From positions 1-64,000 of IMG/VR virus record IMGVR_UViG_3300044710_000077: 64,000 nucleotides of DNA, one strand, 5' to 3'. Shown here one piece after another: positions 36,357-46,368 of the stretch (its first letter is position 1; each line of letters starts with the position of its first letter). A model generated the notes under the pieces. That model saw only the letters and a program-made list of their open reading frames with translations. It searched no databases and had not been told where the DNA came from. The position numbers and the translations under genes are program-made. The stretch is from a virus.

Positions 36357-38309
36357 CTATGGGCTAATGCCGCCGCCAGCCGTCCAAGTGCTGTCCAGCG
36401 CCCCCTGGCCCTGCGCTTGGTTGTGCAGGGCTGACGTGTGCAGCAGTTCGGCCAGTTCATGGGCGATCTTATTAAGGAACCCGGGCTCGTTCGGGTCCAC
36501 CTTGATCGTCACGTTCATCGTCGTGCCGCTGGCCGGCGCCGCGGTTGCCGTGCTGACAAGCGCGCCGCGCTGGGGCGCGGTAGCGCCGCCCAGCAAATAC
36601 TTGATGCCTTCATAGCTGCCGCCCAAGAACCCGCCGATAGCGGCGCCCGTGGCCGCACCAGGGACAGCACCGGCGCCGACGCCGAACACGCCGCCCAGCA
36701 CCGCGCCGACGGCGGCGCCCGGGATGGCACCTTCCGCCATGCCGCGGCCCAACGCGTCGCCAAGCGTGCCCTTGGCGGGAATGCCGCCGAACCTGCCCTG
36801 TGACGGCCAATTATTGGAAATGGTTTTCAGGATATCGTCGAAGCCCTTAAGCCCGGCAGTCAGGGGCGGCAGCACCACCGTCGCGATATCCATAAGCACG
36901 TTGCGCAGGTCGCCCCACGCCTCGCGCGCCTTTTGAACCGGCGAGTCCTTGTCCAGTTGCTCGAAAATCGGCAGACCGGTTTTGAACCGCGGCATTTCCT
37001 GGCGCAACGCGTGAATCTGCTGCTGCACGACCGGGTCAGCCAGAACGCCGATGCCGCCAGCGCCCTGCTGCCCGAACAGCGCCGACGCTAGGGCGCCGCG
37101 TTCGGCCAGCGGGATTTTCGGCAGGTTCGTCGCCGCGATATCCAGCATTTTCAACAGACTGGGCTTGCCGTCCTCAAACCAAGTCGGTTGTCCTTTGTCG
37201 TCGACCAGGCCGATGGCCTTTAATTCCTTTTCGTGCTTTTCGTAAGCGACCCGGGACATAAGCGACGTGCCGGGCATGGCGCGCTGCGCCATGGCCGAAA
37301 TCCAGGTGCCAGCCTTGGTGTTGCGCACGCCGGCGCGCTGCATAGCGCCGACCAGCAGCAGTTCCTCCATCGGGTCGACCTGCATCATGCGCGTGCGGGG
37401 AATCGCATAGCTGGCGGCGCGCTCGATCTGCGGCAGCTTTTCCGGGTCGACCGCCGAGATATAGGCGAACGCATTGGCCATTTTCGCGATGCCGGCCGGG
37501 TCGTACACCTGGAACATATGAGCCAGACCGGTCATGGACTCCATGGCGGTCTCAACCGTGGTGCCCTTGCCCTTCAATTTGGCTTCCGCCGCTGCGGCCT
37601 GTAGCAGCCCGGGCATAACCTGCATGCGCTGGTCGAACGGCATGCCGGCGAACTGGCGAATGCCCGTCAATACCGCTTCCTCAAGGTCGCCGATAGGCGC
37701 GCCGGTGCGCGACGCTGTGTCTTGTAGCAGGGCCCGGATTTGCGCGCGGCGGGCCCCGGACGTCGACGGGTCCTCGGCGGCGCCGGGGATCGTCAGCATC
37801 ATGCGCGCTGTGGCGTCCTCTAACTCGGCTTCCTCGTAAACGCCGTAGGCCAATGCGCCACCGGCGGCCATTGCCGTGTTGCTGCCGCGGAAATACGCGT
37901 GGCCGCCCGGGATACGGGTCGACAGGCCGGATATATGAAGGGCGCCGGCGCCATGCCCGCGGCGCCATCCGCCGCCGCCTGGATAGCGCCGTCCACCCGC
38001 AGGCGGCACAACACCCCCGCCGCCAGCACCGCCGCCAGCGCCCGCGGCTTGGCGAATGGCGGGCACGCCGGACGCGGTCGTGCCGACCGTGCGCAGCGCC
38101 GCCGCCGCCGCTGTGGCATTGCGGGTCACCGTCGATAGTTGCCTGGATATGGTTGTAAGCCCCGCGCTGCGCCCCAGGGCGGCTAGTTCTGTCCGGGCCA
38201 TTTGGATAGCGTCCGCCAGCGCGCGCGCTTCCTGGGCCAGCCTTGTGATCGTGGGCGTGGCGTCGTCCGTAATTCTAAAAATTGCGCCCACTTCATATGA
38301 GGAAATCAC
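36357..38309 (-). CDS. tape measure protein
   Basis: Y.VG..F...D N-terminus; Ala/Gly-rich helical body; G...TKAGT and LFGQQG motifs. Confidence 0.85.
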   Translation of the reverse strand: MISSYEVGAIFRITDDATPTITRLAQEARALADAIQMARTELAALGRSAGLTTISRQLSTVTRNATAAAAALRTVGTTASGVPAIRQAAGAGGGAGGGGVVPPAGGRRYPGGGGWRRGHGAGALHISGLSTRIPGGHAYFRGSNTAMAAGGALAYGVYEEAELEDATARMMLTIPGAAEDPSTSGARRAQIRALLQDTASRTGAPIGDLEEAVLTGIRQFAGMPFDQRMQVMPGLLQAAAAEAKLKGKGTTVETAMESMTGLAHMFQVYDPAGIAKMANAFAYISAVDPEKLPQIERAASYAIPRTRMMQVDPMEELLLVGAMQRAGVRNTKAGTWISAMAQRAMPGTSLMSRVAYEKHEKELKAIGLVDDKGQPTWFEDGKPSLLKMLDIAATNLPKIPLAERGALASALFGQQGAGGIGVLADPVVQQQIHALRQEMPRFKTGLPIFEQLDKDSPVQKAREAWGDLRNVLMDIATVVLPPLTAGLKGFDDILKTISNNWPSQGRFGGIPAKGTLGDALGRGMAEGAIPGAAVGAVLGGVFGVGAGAVPGAATGAAIGGFLGGSYEGIKYLLGGATAPQRGALVSTATAAPASGTTMNVTIKVDPNEPGFLNKIAHELAELLHTSALHNQAQGQGALDSTWTAGGGISP

Positions 38310-38767
38310 GGCGCCCGCCCCCCGAGCATGCGGGCGTTACGCGGCGACAGCAACCGCACCGCAGCTTCGCCAAAAAATATCTCAGCGACAGGTTGCGACC
38401 GCGACGCCGCAAGGCCAATGAACGGCCGCGCCGGAATGCGCGACGTTCCCAATTCCTGAAAAAGTGCGATCTGGTCGCCGGACCCGACCACGCCTTCCAA
38501 ACCGGCCACGGTATTCTCGACAGACCCGCGCATTTCCCCGGTGCGCAGCAGCGGGTCGGTCGCCGACAGCCGCCCGACAAACCCAAGCCGCGTCTTTTCC
38601 GTAATTGTGCTCGGCGCCAGCGGCGCCCATTCCGGCAGTTCGTGGCCGATGTAGCCGCGCGCTTCCAAGGTTACCGCGTCCAGGGTCAGTTTCAGCGCCG
38701 CCGATGCTGCCGCCGGACTCGCCGCCGCCCCCCGTTCCAGCATGTCGGCGAACTGCCGGAAATCCAT
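38306..38767 (-). CDS. HK97 gp10-like/virion morphogenesis protein
   Basis: W.PLA.ST, PLLRTGEMR.S and QELGTSRIPARPFIG motifs. Confidence 0.85.
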   Translation of the reverse strand: MDFRQFADMLERGAAASPAAASAALKLTLDAVTLEARGYIGHELPEWAPLAPSTITEKTRLGFVGRLSATDPLLRTGEMRGSVENTVAGLEGVVGSGDQIALFQELGTSRIPARPFIGLAASRSQPVAEIFFGEAAVRLLSPRNARMLGGRAP

Positions 38768-38928
38768 GTCACGACTCCGTCCGCGGCCAGGACAATTCGC
38801 CCGTCCGCCAGTTTATCAGGCCGCCCGCCTGCTGGTGCTGGACATAGCGGTAAGCCTTACGCTCGATTGACGGCATTGCCAACGCTTCCGCCCAGGTCGG
38901 CCTGGCAATCGCGACGCATTCCTGAAAG

Positions 38929-39513
38929 TCAGGGCTGCTTATGATTTTTTTTTATCGTCGGTAAATCCCGAAGAGTCAGCGGCGGCCATGTCGTGTTGTG
39001 CAGCAAATACAGCACGTCGAGCCCGTCGTCGCCGACCATGTTGGCCAGCTTTTGCGCGTCGACCATGTTGGCGATGGCCGGCACAGGCTTGCCGTCGATT
39101 TCCCGGATGCAAAGCAGGCTGCGCACCACGGCCACCTTAGCCGCGCCGTTGTCGTCGCCGCATATGTCGATAACCCGGAACGTCAGGGCGACGTCTGCGG
39201 GCGGCCCGTATTTGACCGCGCGACCATTTGGCAGCGTCAGTTCGATAGTCTCGACGGGCTCGCGTGGCGCCGGTGGTGTTGGCTGTTCGGCTTCCTTTGC
39301 GAATTGGCCATTTTCGCCGCGGTGTCGATTGCGGATTTCCGTGCGCCGCGCTTGGATTTGCGCCGCTTCCTCTGGCGATACGGTGCGCCCCTTATTTTGC
39401 AGTTTGGGGGCGGGCAGCGGCGCCGCACCGTTCTGTACTGGCGCCGACGCATCGCGGAACGTCATGGTGCGCGGCGGATCGGCAGGCGGCGGGTTTTGCG
39501 TCGGGTCAGTCAT
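38929..39513 (-). CDS. tail assembly chaperone (G); frameshift extension to 38769
   Basis: Follows the tube gene; A9 run before the stop; an alternative frame is open 38945-38769. Confidence 0.75.
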   Translation of the reverse strand: MTDPTQNPPPADPPRTMTFRDASAPVQNGAAPLPAPKLQNKGRTVSPEEAAQIQARRTEIRNRHRGENGQFAKEAEQPTPPAPREPVETIELTLPNGRAVKYGPPADVALTFRVIDICGDDNGAAKVAVVRSLLCIREIDGKPVPAIANMVDAQKLANMVGDDGLDVLYLLHNTTWPPLTLRDLPTIKKNHKQP

Positions 39514-39535
39514 ACGCTTGCACTTTCAATTATTG

Positions 39536-40033
39536 TCAGGCGACGGCGGCCAAGCCGCTTAGGAACGGGCTGGCACCCCCGCTAATGGTCAGCACCGACG
39601 CCGAGAAGCCGAGCCGCATGTCGACCTCTTTTTCGTGCCGGAAATTGCCGAAACGCGGCTTTTTGATCTGCGCATTGCTGAGTAGATATTCGTCGACCGT
39701 GCCGTCACGATTCAGCACATTGGTCGTGATCGAAAGCTGCGTAATAAGGCCGATATCGTGATAGGCGTTATAAAGCTCCACGACCATGGCCTGGAAATTG
39801 CCGTTGACGCGGGTAAACATCATGTTCCCCGAATAGCCACCAGGAATCGTCTGGTAGATCGGCCGGCCGCCATTCGTGATCGGGATGATTTTCAGTTCGG
39901 TATCCTCGGCCTCGATGTCAATTTCCATCAAGTGCCCAAGCATCTGCGCGTCAAAAACATCGCCGTAAATATCGGATATCGTTACCGAAATATCGGTCCC
40001 GACGTTATAGCCGGCGAGCGAGAAACTGGCCAT
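39536..40033 (-). CDS. tail tube protein
   Basis: ~165 aa directly after the sheath; beta-rich. Confidence 0.8.
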   Translation of the reverse strand: MASFSLAGYNVGTDISVTISDIYGDVFDAQMLGHLMEIDIEAEDTELKIIPITNGGRPIYQTIPGGYSGNMMFTRVNGNFQAMVVELYNAYHDIGLITQLSITTNVLNRDGTVDEYLLSNAQIKKPRFGNFRHEKEVDMRLGFSASVLTISGGASPFLSGLAAVA

Positions 40034-40058
40034 AGCTTGCTCCTTCAAGCCACCCTTA

Positions 40059-42014
40059 TTAGGCGGCGATTTGCTGCCCCGGCGTCGAGCCGACTGTCAC
40101 GACGGTTGTGCCGCCCTGTAGCGCCAAGATGAAGAACCGCACGGTGGAGAGGTACGTCACCCGCACCAGCACATAGAGGAAATGCTGGGCAATCGACGCC
40201 GGCGTGTTCACGCCGTTGCCGGGCGTCGCCGATTGCGACGCGCTGAACGTGCAGATAACCGAATAGCTGTCGATAATGCCCACGGTGCCGTTCGCGCCGA
40301 CAAGGCCCTGCAGGAACGTGTTCAGTTGGTTTTTGACCGCATTGCGCAGCGGGTCGTTCGGCTGCTGGCTTTGCAGCCCGTCGACGAACTGGCCCATGGT
40401 GCTGGCGAACGACTTGGCCAGGAACACGCTGGTCCGCCACCATTCGACGCCGGCGGTGGCCGCGTTCAGCGACGTGGTCTGACCGACGCGGATGCCGAAT
40501 TCGCTGCCGGCCGGGATCGGATTGTAGATGAACATAATTCCGGCGTTGGCCAATTGGCCGATTTCGCCCTGGCTGTACGGGATAGTTCCGCTCGGCGCGA
40601 CGCGCTCGGTGCCAAGGACCATGTTCACGGGCTCGTTGCCCGGATTGACCTGCGGCCCGAGCGTGGCAATCGTGCCGCCGATGAAAGCCGTGGGCGGCGA
40701 CAGGCGCACCAGCGCATTGACCGGGTCGAACCAGTAAATCCAGTCCTTGACGTAGGCGAAGCCCGGATCATGCACGCCGTTGGTGGCGACCGCGGCGACT
40801 GCGGTGGCCGTGCTGGTCCCGGTAGCAAACGGCACCAGGGCCGTGCAGCCCTCCGTCTGCTCAAACGAGAGCAGCGATGCATTCGCTGTCGGGTCGGTGC
40901 AGCCGACCAGCCAGACGACGCCCACGCCGGGGTTCTGCAAGCGCAAGGCGAACAGGCCCGTGCGCGGGACGGCGGTGTCGGAACCGATAAGCGTTGACGT
41001 GGTCACGCCGCTACGGCCGCTTGTGCCGCCAGTGCATGTCGTGGTCGCCAAGGTCGGTGCGCCCACCGCGGCGTTCGGCGCCGACGCGCGCGCAATCTGG
41101 CTGGGCCCACGCACGCCAGACATGCCGTTATTGATGGCGCTGACCAGCGCCACCCAGAATCCGTTGCCGCCGGCGATGTTCGGGTAGCTTTCCTGGATGC
41201 CGAGCGCGGGCAGGGCGACCAGGGCGGTGAAGCTGCCGGACGACGACCCGGCCTGCATGGTGATTTGCAGCCCGTTGCCGACCGCGCCGGTATAGATGCC
41301 AGCCAGCGTCATACCGGCCGTGGCGGCCGAGCCGCTGCCCAGCGTCAAGGTCGTGGTCGCGCCGCCGCCGGTGACCGATTCGCTGAACGTCGCCTGGGGC
41401 GACAGCGCCGTCGGCTGGTAAACCTCGAATTCGCCGGACGAAACCGGCAGCGCGACGATGGCCGCCGCAGCCAGCACGGCGTTTGCATTGACCGCCGCCG
41501 CAAGGCCGACCGCACCGGTGGCCAGCGTGTCGCCCGCTTTCATCGTATAGGAAACGGTAATCGGCGAACCGGTCAGGGCCGAACTGGTCACGGTCAGGTT
41601 CAGTACGTCGCCGGTGTGCGCCGTGCCGCCGACCACGACGGTTTCGCCCGTCGACGTGGCCGCGCCAGGCACGGACGCGCTTGCCGCGACGTCGGTGCCG
41701 TCTGTCACGCGCACCGACCATGCCTCTAGAGTTGCCGCGCTGGACGCTTGGCCGAATGCAATGGCCAAGTCGGTGGCGAGGTCGTATTTGTCGGTGAGGG
41801 ACGCCGCGGAAATCGGGCCGAATGCCGTCAGGGCCGCGCTGGCGTTGCCCATATAGACCGGCTGATTGACCGGACCCCAGTCGGCGGTCCCGACAAGGCC
41901 GATGACGTCGGTGGGCACGCCGCGGATAAAGCCGGGCGGGTTCTGGATTTGGATATAGAGGTCGTCGGCCGACAGCGTCGACGGATTGAAATTGCCGGTC
42001 TGGATGATGGTCAT
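40059..42014 (-). CDS. contractile tail sheath protein
   Basis: IRGVPT...G.VGTA.WGPVN.P N-terminus; sheath-type C-terminus (V.YL..VRFF). Confidence 0.92.
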   Translation of the reverse strand: MTIIQTGNFNPSTLSADDLYIQIQNPPGFIRGVPTDVIGLVGTADWGPVNQPVYMGNASAALTAFGPISAASLTDKYDLATDLAIAFGQASSAATLEAWSVRVTDGTDVAASASVPGAATSTGETVVVGGTAHTGDVLNLTVTSSALTGSPITVSYTMKAGDTLATGAVGLAAAVNANAVLAAAAIVALPVSSGEFEVYQPTALSPQATFSESVTGGGATTTLTLGSGSAATAGMTLAGIYTGAVGNGLQITMQAGSSSGSFTALVALPALGIQESYPNIAGGNGFWVALVSAINNGMSGVRGPSQIARASAPNAAVGAPTLATTTCTGGTSGRSGVTTSTLIGSDTAVPRTGLFALRLQNPGVGVVWLVGCTDPTANASLLSFEQTEGCTALVPFATGTSTATAVAAVATNGVHDPGFAYVKDWIYWFDPVNALVRLSPPTAFIGGTIATLGPQVNPGNEPVNMVLGTERVAPSGTIPYSQGEIGQLANAGIMFIYNPIPAGSEFGIRVGQTTSLNAATAGVEWWRTSVFLAKSFASTMGQFVDGLQSQQPNDPLRNAVKNQLNTFLQGLVGANGTVGIIDSYSVICTFSASQSATPGNGVNTPASIAQHFLYVLVRVTYLSTVRFFILALQGGTTVVTVGSTPGQQIAA

Positions 42015-42033
42015 GGGCGCATTTTCCCTGCGT

Positions 42034-43257
42034 TCAGTCCGCCACCTGATATTCGACCACCGGGGCCAGCACGGCGTAAAGCTGGTCGACGGTTGTTACC
42101 GCATACTCCAAAAGAACGAGAAAGTCATGCCGGTAAACGTCCTCTTGGGTATCGTCCTCAAGGTCGTAATCGTTAACCTCAAGGACGCGAATCGGATTGC
42201 CTGACGCGTCGGTTACGCCTGAAAATGTTGCCTGTGCGGTCGCCAGCGCCGTGTCGACCGGGTCGCAAAGCTGCTCGCGCTGCAATTCGGTGCGCGTCCA
42301 GGCCACGACCTGGAACTGGCGCTCCTTGCGAATCAGTTCCATTTCCTGGGTGCCGCCGTTGCCAGCGTAGGACTGCACGGTCAGCGGCGCGGTGGCGATA
42401 AGGCTGGTCAGCGTCACGGCCGGGCCGACAGCGGCAGCCGACAGCCATAGGCTCAAGGTCGCGTCGCCGTTGATGGCCGCCGCCAATTTGGTCGCCATGG
42501 TCGACGCTGTATCGCCGCCGACGGCGGATACGACCTGCGCGGCCGTCTGCCCCAGGTCGACCTGGTCAAGGCCGATCTGCGCGACGGTGCGATTATTCAC
42601 CACGCATGAAACCGCGTCGCCGACGCCCGGCGTGCCGCCCAGCGTAATCGTTGCCGTGCCGGACGGCTGAATCATACCCGACGCCGGCGCCAGTGCGGTC
42701 GTCAGTGTGGCCGGGACCGCAACCTGATTGTAGGCGTAAGGATTCCAGCGCATGACATTGCGGCCCACCTTGCGGTCGTACACCGTGACCAGCGGCGCGC
42801 CGCCCTGGGCCACGGCTTGCAGCGCCGACAGCGGCGGCCAGCCTATGCCGATTTGCGGGACCATCTGCGCTTGCGCCAGCCCGACGGTTTCACTGGCCTC
42901 GCCCGATACATTCGCCGACCACGTCACCGACAGCGTCGGCGCGTAGGTCGCGAACACGTTGGGCGTCGCCCCGGACGCGGTCGCGATGATGCCCGCCGCC
43001 CGGATTGCCGCATTCGCGTTCAAAGCCCGCGCCAGCCCCGCGCCGACGTTCAGCAGCGTGTCTGTCGGCTTGACGGTGTACGAGACGCTGACCGGCGAAC
43101 CCGCAATCCCTGACGACGCCAGGGTCAGCGTGACGGCATCCCCGCCGGTGATCGTGCCACCTATCGTGATCGTTTCCTTGGTGCCGACGACGATGCCGGC
43201 CAGGGCTTGGCTGACCAGCGATTGCAGCGCCGCTTGTGCCCCATGCAGACTCGTCAT
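42034..43257 (-). CDS. tail terminator/neck protein with two inserted repeat domains
   Basis: GWP, R..RQFQV..W and YR.D.....EYA motifs; precedes the sheath. Confidence 0.7.
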   Translation of the reverse strand: MTSLHGAQAALQSLVSQALAGIVVGTKETITIGGTITGGDAVTLTLASSGIAGSPVSVSYTVKPTDTLLNVGAGLARALNANAAIRAAGIIATASGATPNVFATYAPTLSVTWSANVSGEASETVGLAQAQMVPQIGIGWPPLSALQAVAQGGAPLVTVYDRKVGRNVMRWNPYAYNQVAVPATLTTALAPASGMIQPSGTATITLGGTPGVGDAVSCVVNNRTVAQIGLDQVDLGQTAAQVVSAVGGDTASTMATKLAAAINGDATLSLWLSAAAVGPAVTLTSLIATAPLTVQSYAGNGGTQEMELIRKERQFQVVAWTRTELQREQLCDPVDTALATAQATFSGVTDASGNPIRVLEVNDYDLEDDTQEDVYRHDFLVLLEYAVTTVDQLYAVLAPVVEYQVAD

Positions 43258-43496
43258 GCCGGCGCCTCGATAGGCAGCGCGACGCGGCGGCCGTTCCGCC
43301 GAATGACGCGGTAGGTTTTCGGCGTCTGTGCCGCGCGTAGCTCGGCCATCATGGCTTGAAGATTGGCCGCGTGGATTCCGTTCGGCTCGCACACCGGGCA
43401 GCGCAGCACGGGGACGCTGCCATGCCGTATGTCGCGCACCAGCATGGCCTTGGGGTGCTTTTTGCAGAATAGGGGCTGTGGGGTGCGGTCGGTCAT
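43254..43496 (-). CDS. small Cys-containing protein
   Basis: C..HP...RCPVC; ATGA coupling at both ends. Confidence 0.55.
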   Translation of the reverse strand: MTDRTPQPLFCKKHPKAMLVRDIRHGSVPVLRCPVCEPNGIHAANLQAMMAELRAAQTPKTYRVIRRNGRRVALPIEAPA

Positions 43497-43783
43497 GTGG
43501 CCTTTGCGTGAATAGACGCGCTCACGCTGACGTTGCCGGCATTAAAGGTGGCGGGCTGACCGTCCAAATGCGTCCAACTTAGCGACCCGTACATGGTCAC
43601 GGTGACCTGTTCGCCGTCGGCCGGCTCGCGCAGTAAATTGATGAACGCATTGGCCGCCGCCACCGCGCCGTCTTTGTCCGCAGCGTGATTGGGCTGGTTT
43701 GCTACGACTTGATCAAATTCGGCCGCCACTTTTGCAGCCGCGTCAGCCTTTGACGTACCCGTGATTGCGAATGAATAGCTCAT
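43493..43783 (-). CDS. hypothetical protein
   Basis: GAGG SD before MSYSF. Confidence 0.65.
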   Translation of the reverse strand: MSYSFAITGTSKADAAAKVAAEFDQVVANQPNHAADKDGAVAAANAFINLLREPADGEQVTVTMYGSLSWTHLDGQPATFNAGNVSVSASIHAKAT

Positions 43784-43893
43784 AGGATTGCCTCGCATTG
43801 TGAAAAACGGCGTCCGGGGCCGCATTTCAATTGGTGGAATTTGCCAGCCCGGCTCTGGCTCTCTGTTGTCCCAGTCGGGTCCAAATCGGAGTT

Positions 43894-44742
43894 TCATAGC
43901 GTCGCCTGCGCAATCTTGCGGTCGCAAAGCGTCTGCGTCCCCACGACGCCCGCCTCCTGGATATACGGCGACCGCATGACGTAGCGCGCGCCGTCCTCGG
44001 TAATCAGCGCGTCGCCCTCGCGCGCCGAATAGCCCGGCAGCGGCGGGATATACACGAAAAACCGAATGGGCGCGACCATGCCCGGCACGCCGGGGCCGAA
44101 TACCTTCTCGCCGCCGCGGTGGTCGGCCACAAGGCCAATCGGCACAAGGCTGCCGACCTGGCCCGCATTCGCCGTGTTCAGCACGTATTGGCCGCCCGTC
44201 AGCACCAGCGGCGTGTCGTTATCGTGAGTCGACGCCCAATATTTGCTGGCGTCCTCGAAAGTCAGCGGCGTGCCGGCCGGCCGGTAAATCGACGCGCAGC
44301 GGTCAAGGCGGATGCCGACCGACTTGCCGACAGGCTGGTGCAGCGCAAGGCACATGGCCGTAAATTGCTGGGTGCCGGGCAGCGAAGTCGCGCCGGCGCC
44401 GTAGCTTACGCCCGGCACATAGGCCGGGTCGGCCTGGACAAAAATATCCCCCAGCAGAAAGTCCGTCATGTCGTTGACGATTTCGTTTATGATCGCGGCG
44501 CGCGGCAGCGCGAGGGGGATTTTCGTGTCTGGCATTCGGCGGACGAACATGGGGAATGGGCTGAGGCCATGCGACGGAATAACCGTCCAGGCCGTCGGGA
44601 AATCGCCCGCGGCAGACGGCCCAATGCGATACGCGAGATAGGGCTGCCCGAGCTTGGCCGACGCCTTCCCGCGCCCGTAATCGATGTGTCGCTGAACGCT
44701 CGAATAATTAACGATGGCACACCCCCGGCCCCGAGGCACCAT
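43894..44742 (-). CDS. head closure/head-tail joining-like virion protein (start uncertain)
   Basis: I.YGRGKA..KLG..Y..YR N-terminus; D.LI...G.RY C-terminus; position in the neck module. Confidence 0.65.
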   Translation of the reverse strand: MVPRGRGCAIVNYSSVQRHIDYGRGKASAKLGQPYLAYRIGPSAAGDFPTAWTVIPSHGLSPFPMFVRRMPDTKIPLALPRAAIINEIVNDMTDFLLGDIFVQADPAYVPGVSYGAGATSLPGTQQFTAMCLALHQPVGKSVGIRLDRCASIYRPAGTPLTFEDASKYWASTHDNDTPLVLTGGQYVLNTANAGQVGSLVPIGLVADHRGGEKVFGPGVPGMVAPIRFFVYIPPLPGYSAREGDALITEDGARYVMRSPYIQEAGVVGTQTLCDRKIAQATL

Positions 44743-45571
44743 GAAACCTTATTACGACCACGCCGGGATTACGATTTGGCACGGCGACTGCATGGCGATT
44801 ATGCCGTCGCTGTCGGCAATAGACCTCATATTTACGTCGCCTCCCTACAACCTCGGCAACACGACCGGAGGCGGCTTCCCGGATCGTTTTGGGCACTATC
44901 GCAAGTCCACTGGTCTGTCCGGCAGGGGCGGCGGCGGTAAATGGGGCGGCGGCGAACTTGCGAACGGCTACGGCGCCCATGACGACAACATGCCCCATGC
45001 GGAATACGTCGCATGGCAGGGCGAAGTCCTTGAAGCGTGCTGGCGAACGCTGACCGATACCGGCGCGATTTTCTATAATCACAAACCGCGAGTTCTCGAC
45101 GGCCAGCTGGTTCCTCCGCTTGATTATGTGCCTGCGCCGCTTCGACAATTCGTGCGGCAGGAAATCATTTGGAAACGATCCGGCGGCATCAATTTTTCGC
45201 CGGCATTCTTCCTGCCTATGCACGAACGGATATTGGTCATTGCGCGCCGCGACTGGCGGCTGACCAGTAAAGGCGCGTCCGGGGTCGGCGACGTGTGGGA
45301 TGAACATCAAGAAACCAGCAATACGCATCCCGCGCCGTTCCCAATCGGACTTCCGGCACGCGCTATTGAAACGACGGCGCCGGCTATTACGCTCGACCCC
45401 TTCATGGGCAGTGGAACGACTCTCCGCGCGGCAAAGGATGCCGGCCGGCGAGCCATAGGAATCGAAATCGATGAGCGATGGTGCGAAATGGCCGCCCGCC
45501 GGATGGAGCAAGAGATTTTGCCTTTCACTATGCAAAATTCATCGCCCCCATTGACTGGGGTTTTGCGGTAG
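44741..45571 (+). CDS. DNA methyltransferase (N6_N4_Mtase, beta class), inverted insertion
   Basis: GDC, FTSPPYN (motif IV), HPAPFP and LDPFMGSGTT (motif I). Confidence 0.93.
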   Translation: MKPYYDHAGITIWHGDCMAIMPSLSAIDLIFTSPPYNLGNTTGGGFPDRFGHYRKSTGLSGRGGGGKWGGGELANGYGAHDDNMPHAEYVAWQGEVLEACWRTLTDTGAIFYNHKPRVLDGQLVPPLDYVPAPLRQFVRQEIIWKRSGGINFSPAFFLPMHERILVIARRDWRLTSKGASGVGDVWDEHQETSNTHPAPFPIGLPARAIETTAPAITLDPFMGSGTTLRAAKDAGRRAIGIEIDERWCEMAARRMEQEILPFTMQNSSPPLTGVLR

Positions 45572-46349
45572 CATCTATGGAGCACGGTACACCGAGGAAA
45601 TCGGCCATCTGCCGTTTCCACTGCTCATAAAGCGAACGGCGGGCGCCCGCTTCATTGGACCGGCCCTTCCAAACGTCCGCCTGGATGGTGTCCAAGTTTG
45701 CCGACGCCGTCAGCCACGCATTTTCCAGGCCGTCGCAAATCGGCAGGAAGCCGTAAATCGTGTTCACGCCGTCAAGACTGGTATTGGGCGGCACAAAACC
45801 ACCCTGGGCCGTCACCGCCGGCGCACACTGGCCGCTAAATGTCGCCGCCATGGTGAACGGCAGCGGCCCGGTAAATGAAACCTCGGGCAGCGGCACCGCC
45901 GACTCGGCGAATGGACCGGTGCCGTAGGGTGCCAGTCCGATCATGCCGGCGCCGATCATCGCAGCGTTGCCCAGTGCCAAAGCGGCCAACTGATTCGCAA
46001 ACCACAGCCGGCCTTCCCCGGGCGGCGTCGGCGTCGGATATGTCGCTGTGATCGTCTGCGGGCTACCCAAGCCGCCCCCGCTGAACACGACGGTAATGCT
46101 ATCGCCAGGATTCGGCGGATTGCCGACGATGGCAATGGCCCCCAGCGCGCCGCCGATTAGCCGGGCTTCCTCGTCGGCCGCCAGATTGTTCATTTTGTAT
46201 TCGAGCGCGCCATATGCCTGGAAATACCGGTAGCCGGCAAAGCCGGACGCCAGCGTGCCGCCGCCCACAGCGCCCGTGCGAATAAGCCCGATTACGGGAT
46301 AGCCCAGGTGTCTGCGGATCGATGTCTTTTGCGTCGCCGTCAGCGGCAT
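45528..46349 (-). CDS. head-tail connector-like protein
   Basis: LT..QK..IRRHLGYP, G.LEY.M.NL, R..LY..W...MA.FLG.P motifs. Confidence 0.7.
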   Translation of the reverse strand: MPLTATQKTSIRRHLGYPVIGLIRTGAVGGGTLASGFAGYRYFQAYGALEYKMNNLAADEEARLIGGALGAIAIVGNPPNPGDSITVVFSGGGLGSPQTITATYPTPTPPGEGRLWFANQLAALALGNAAMIGAGMIGLAPYGTGPFAESAVPLPEVSFTGPLPFTMAATFSGQCAPAVTAQGGFVPPNTSLDGVNTIYGFLPICDGLENAWLTASANLDTIQADVWKGRSNEAGARRSLYEQWKRQMADFLGVPCSIDATAKPQSMGAMNFA

Positions 46350-46368
46350 GGGCTTTCCCCTTTGCGGG

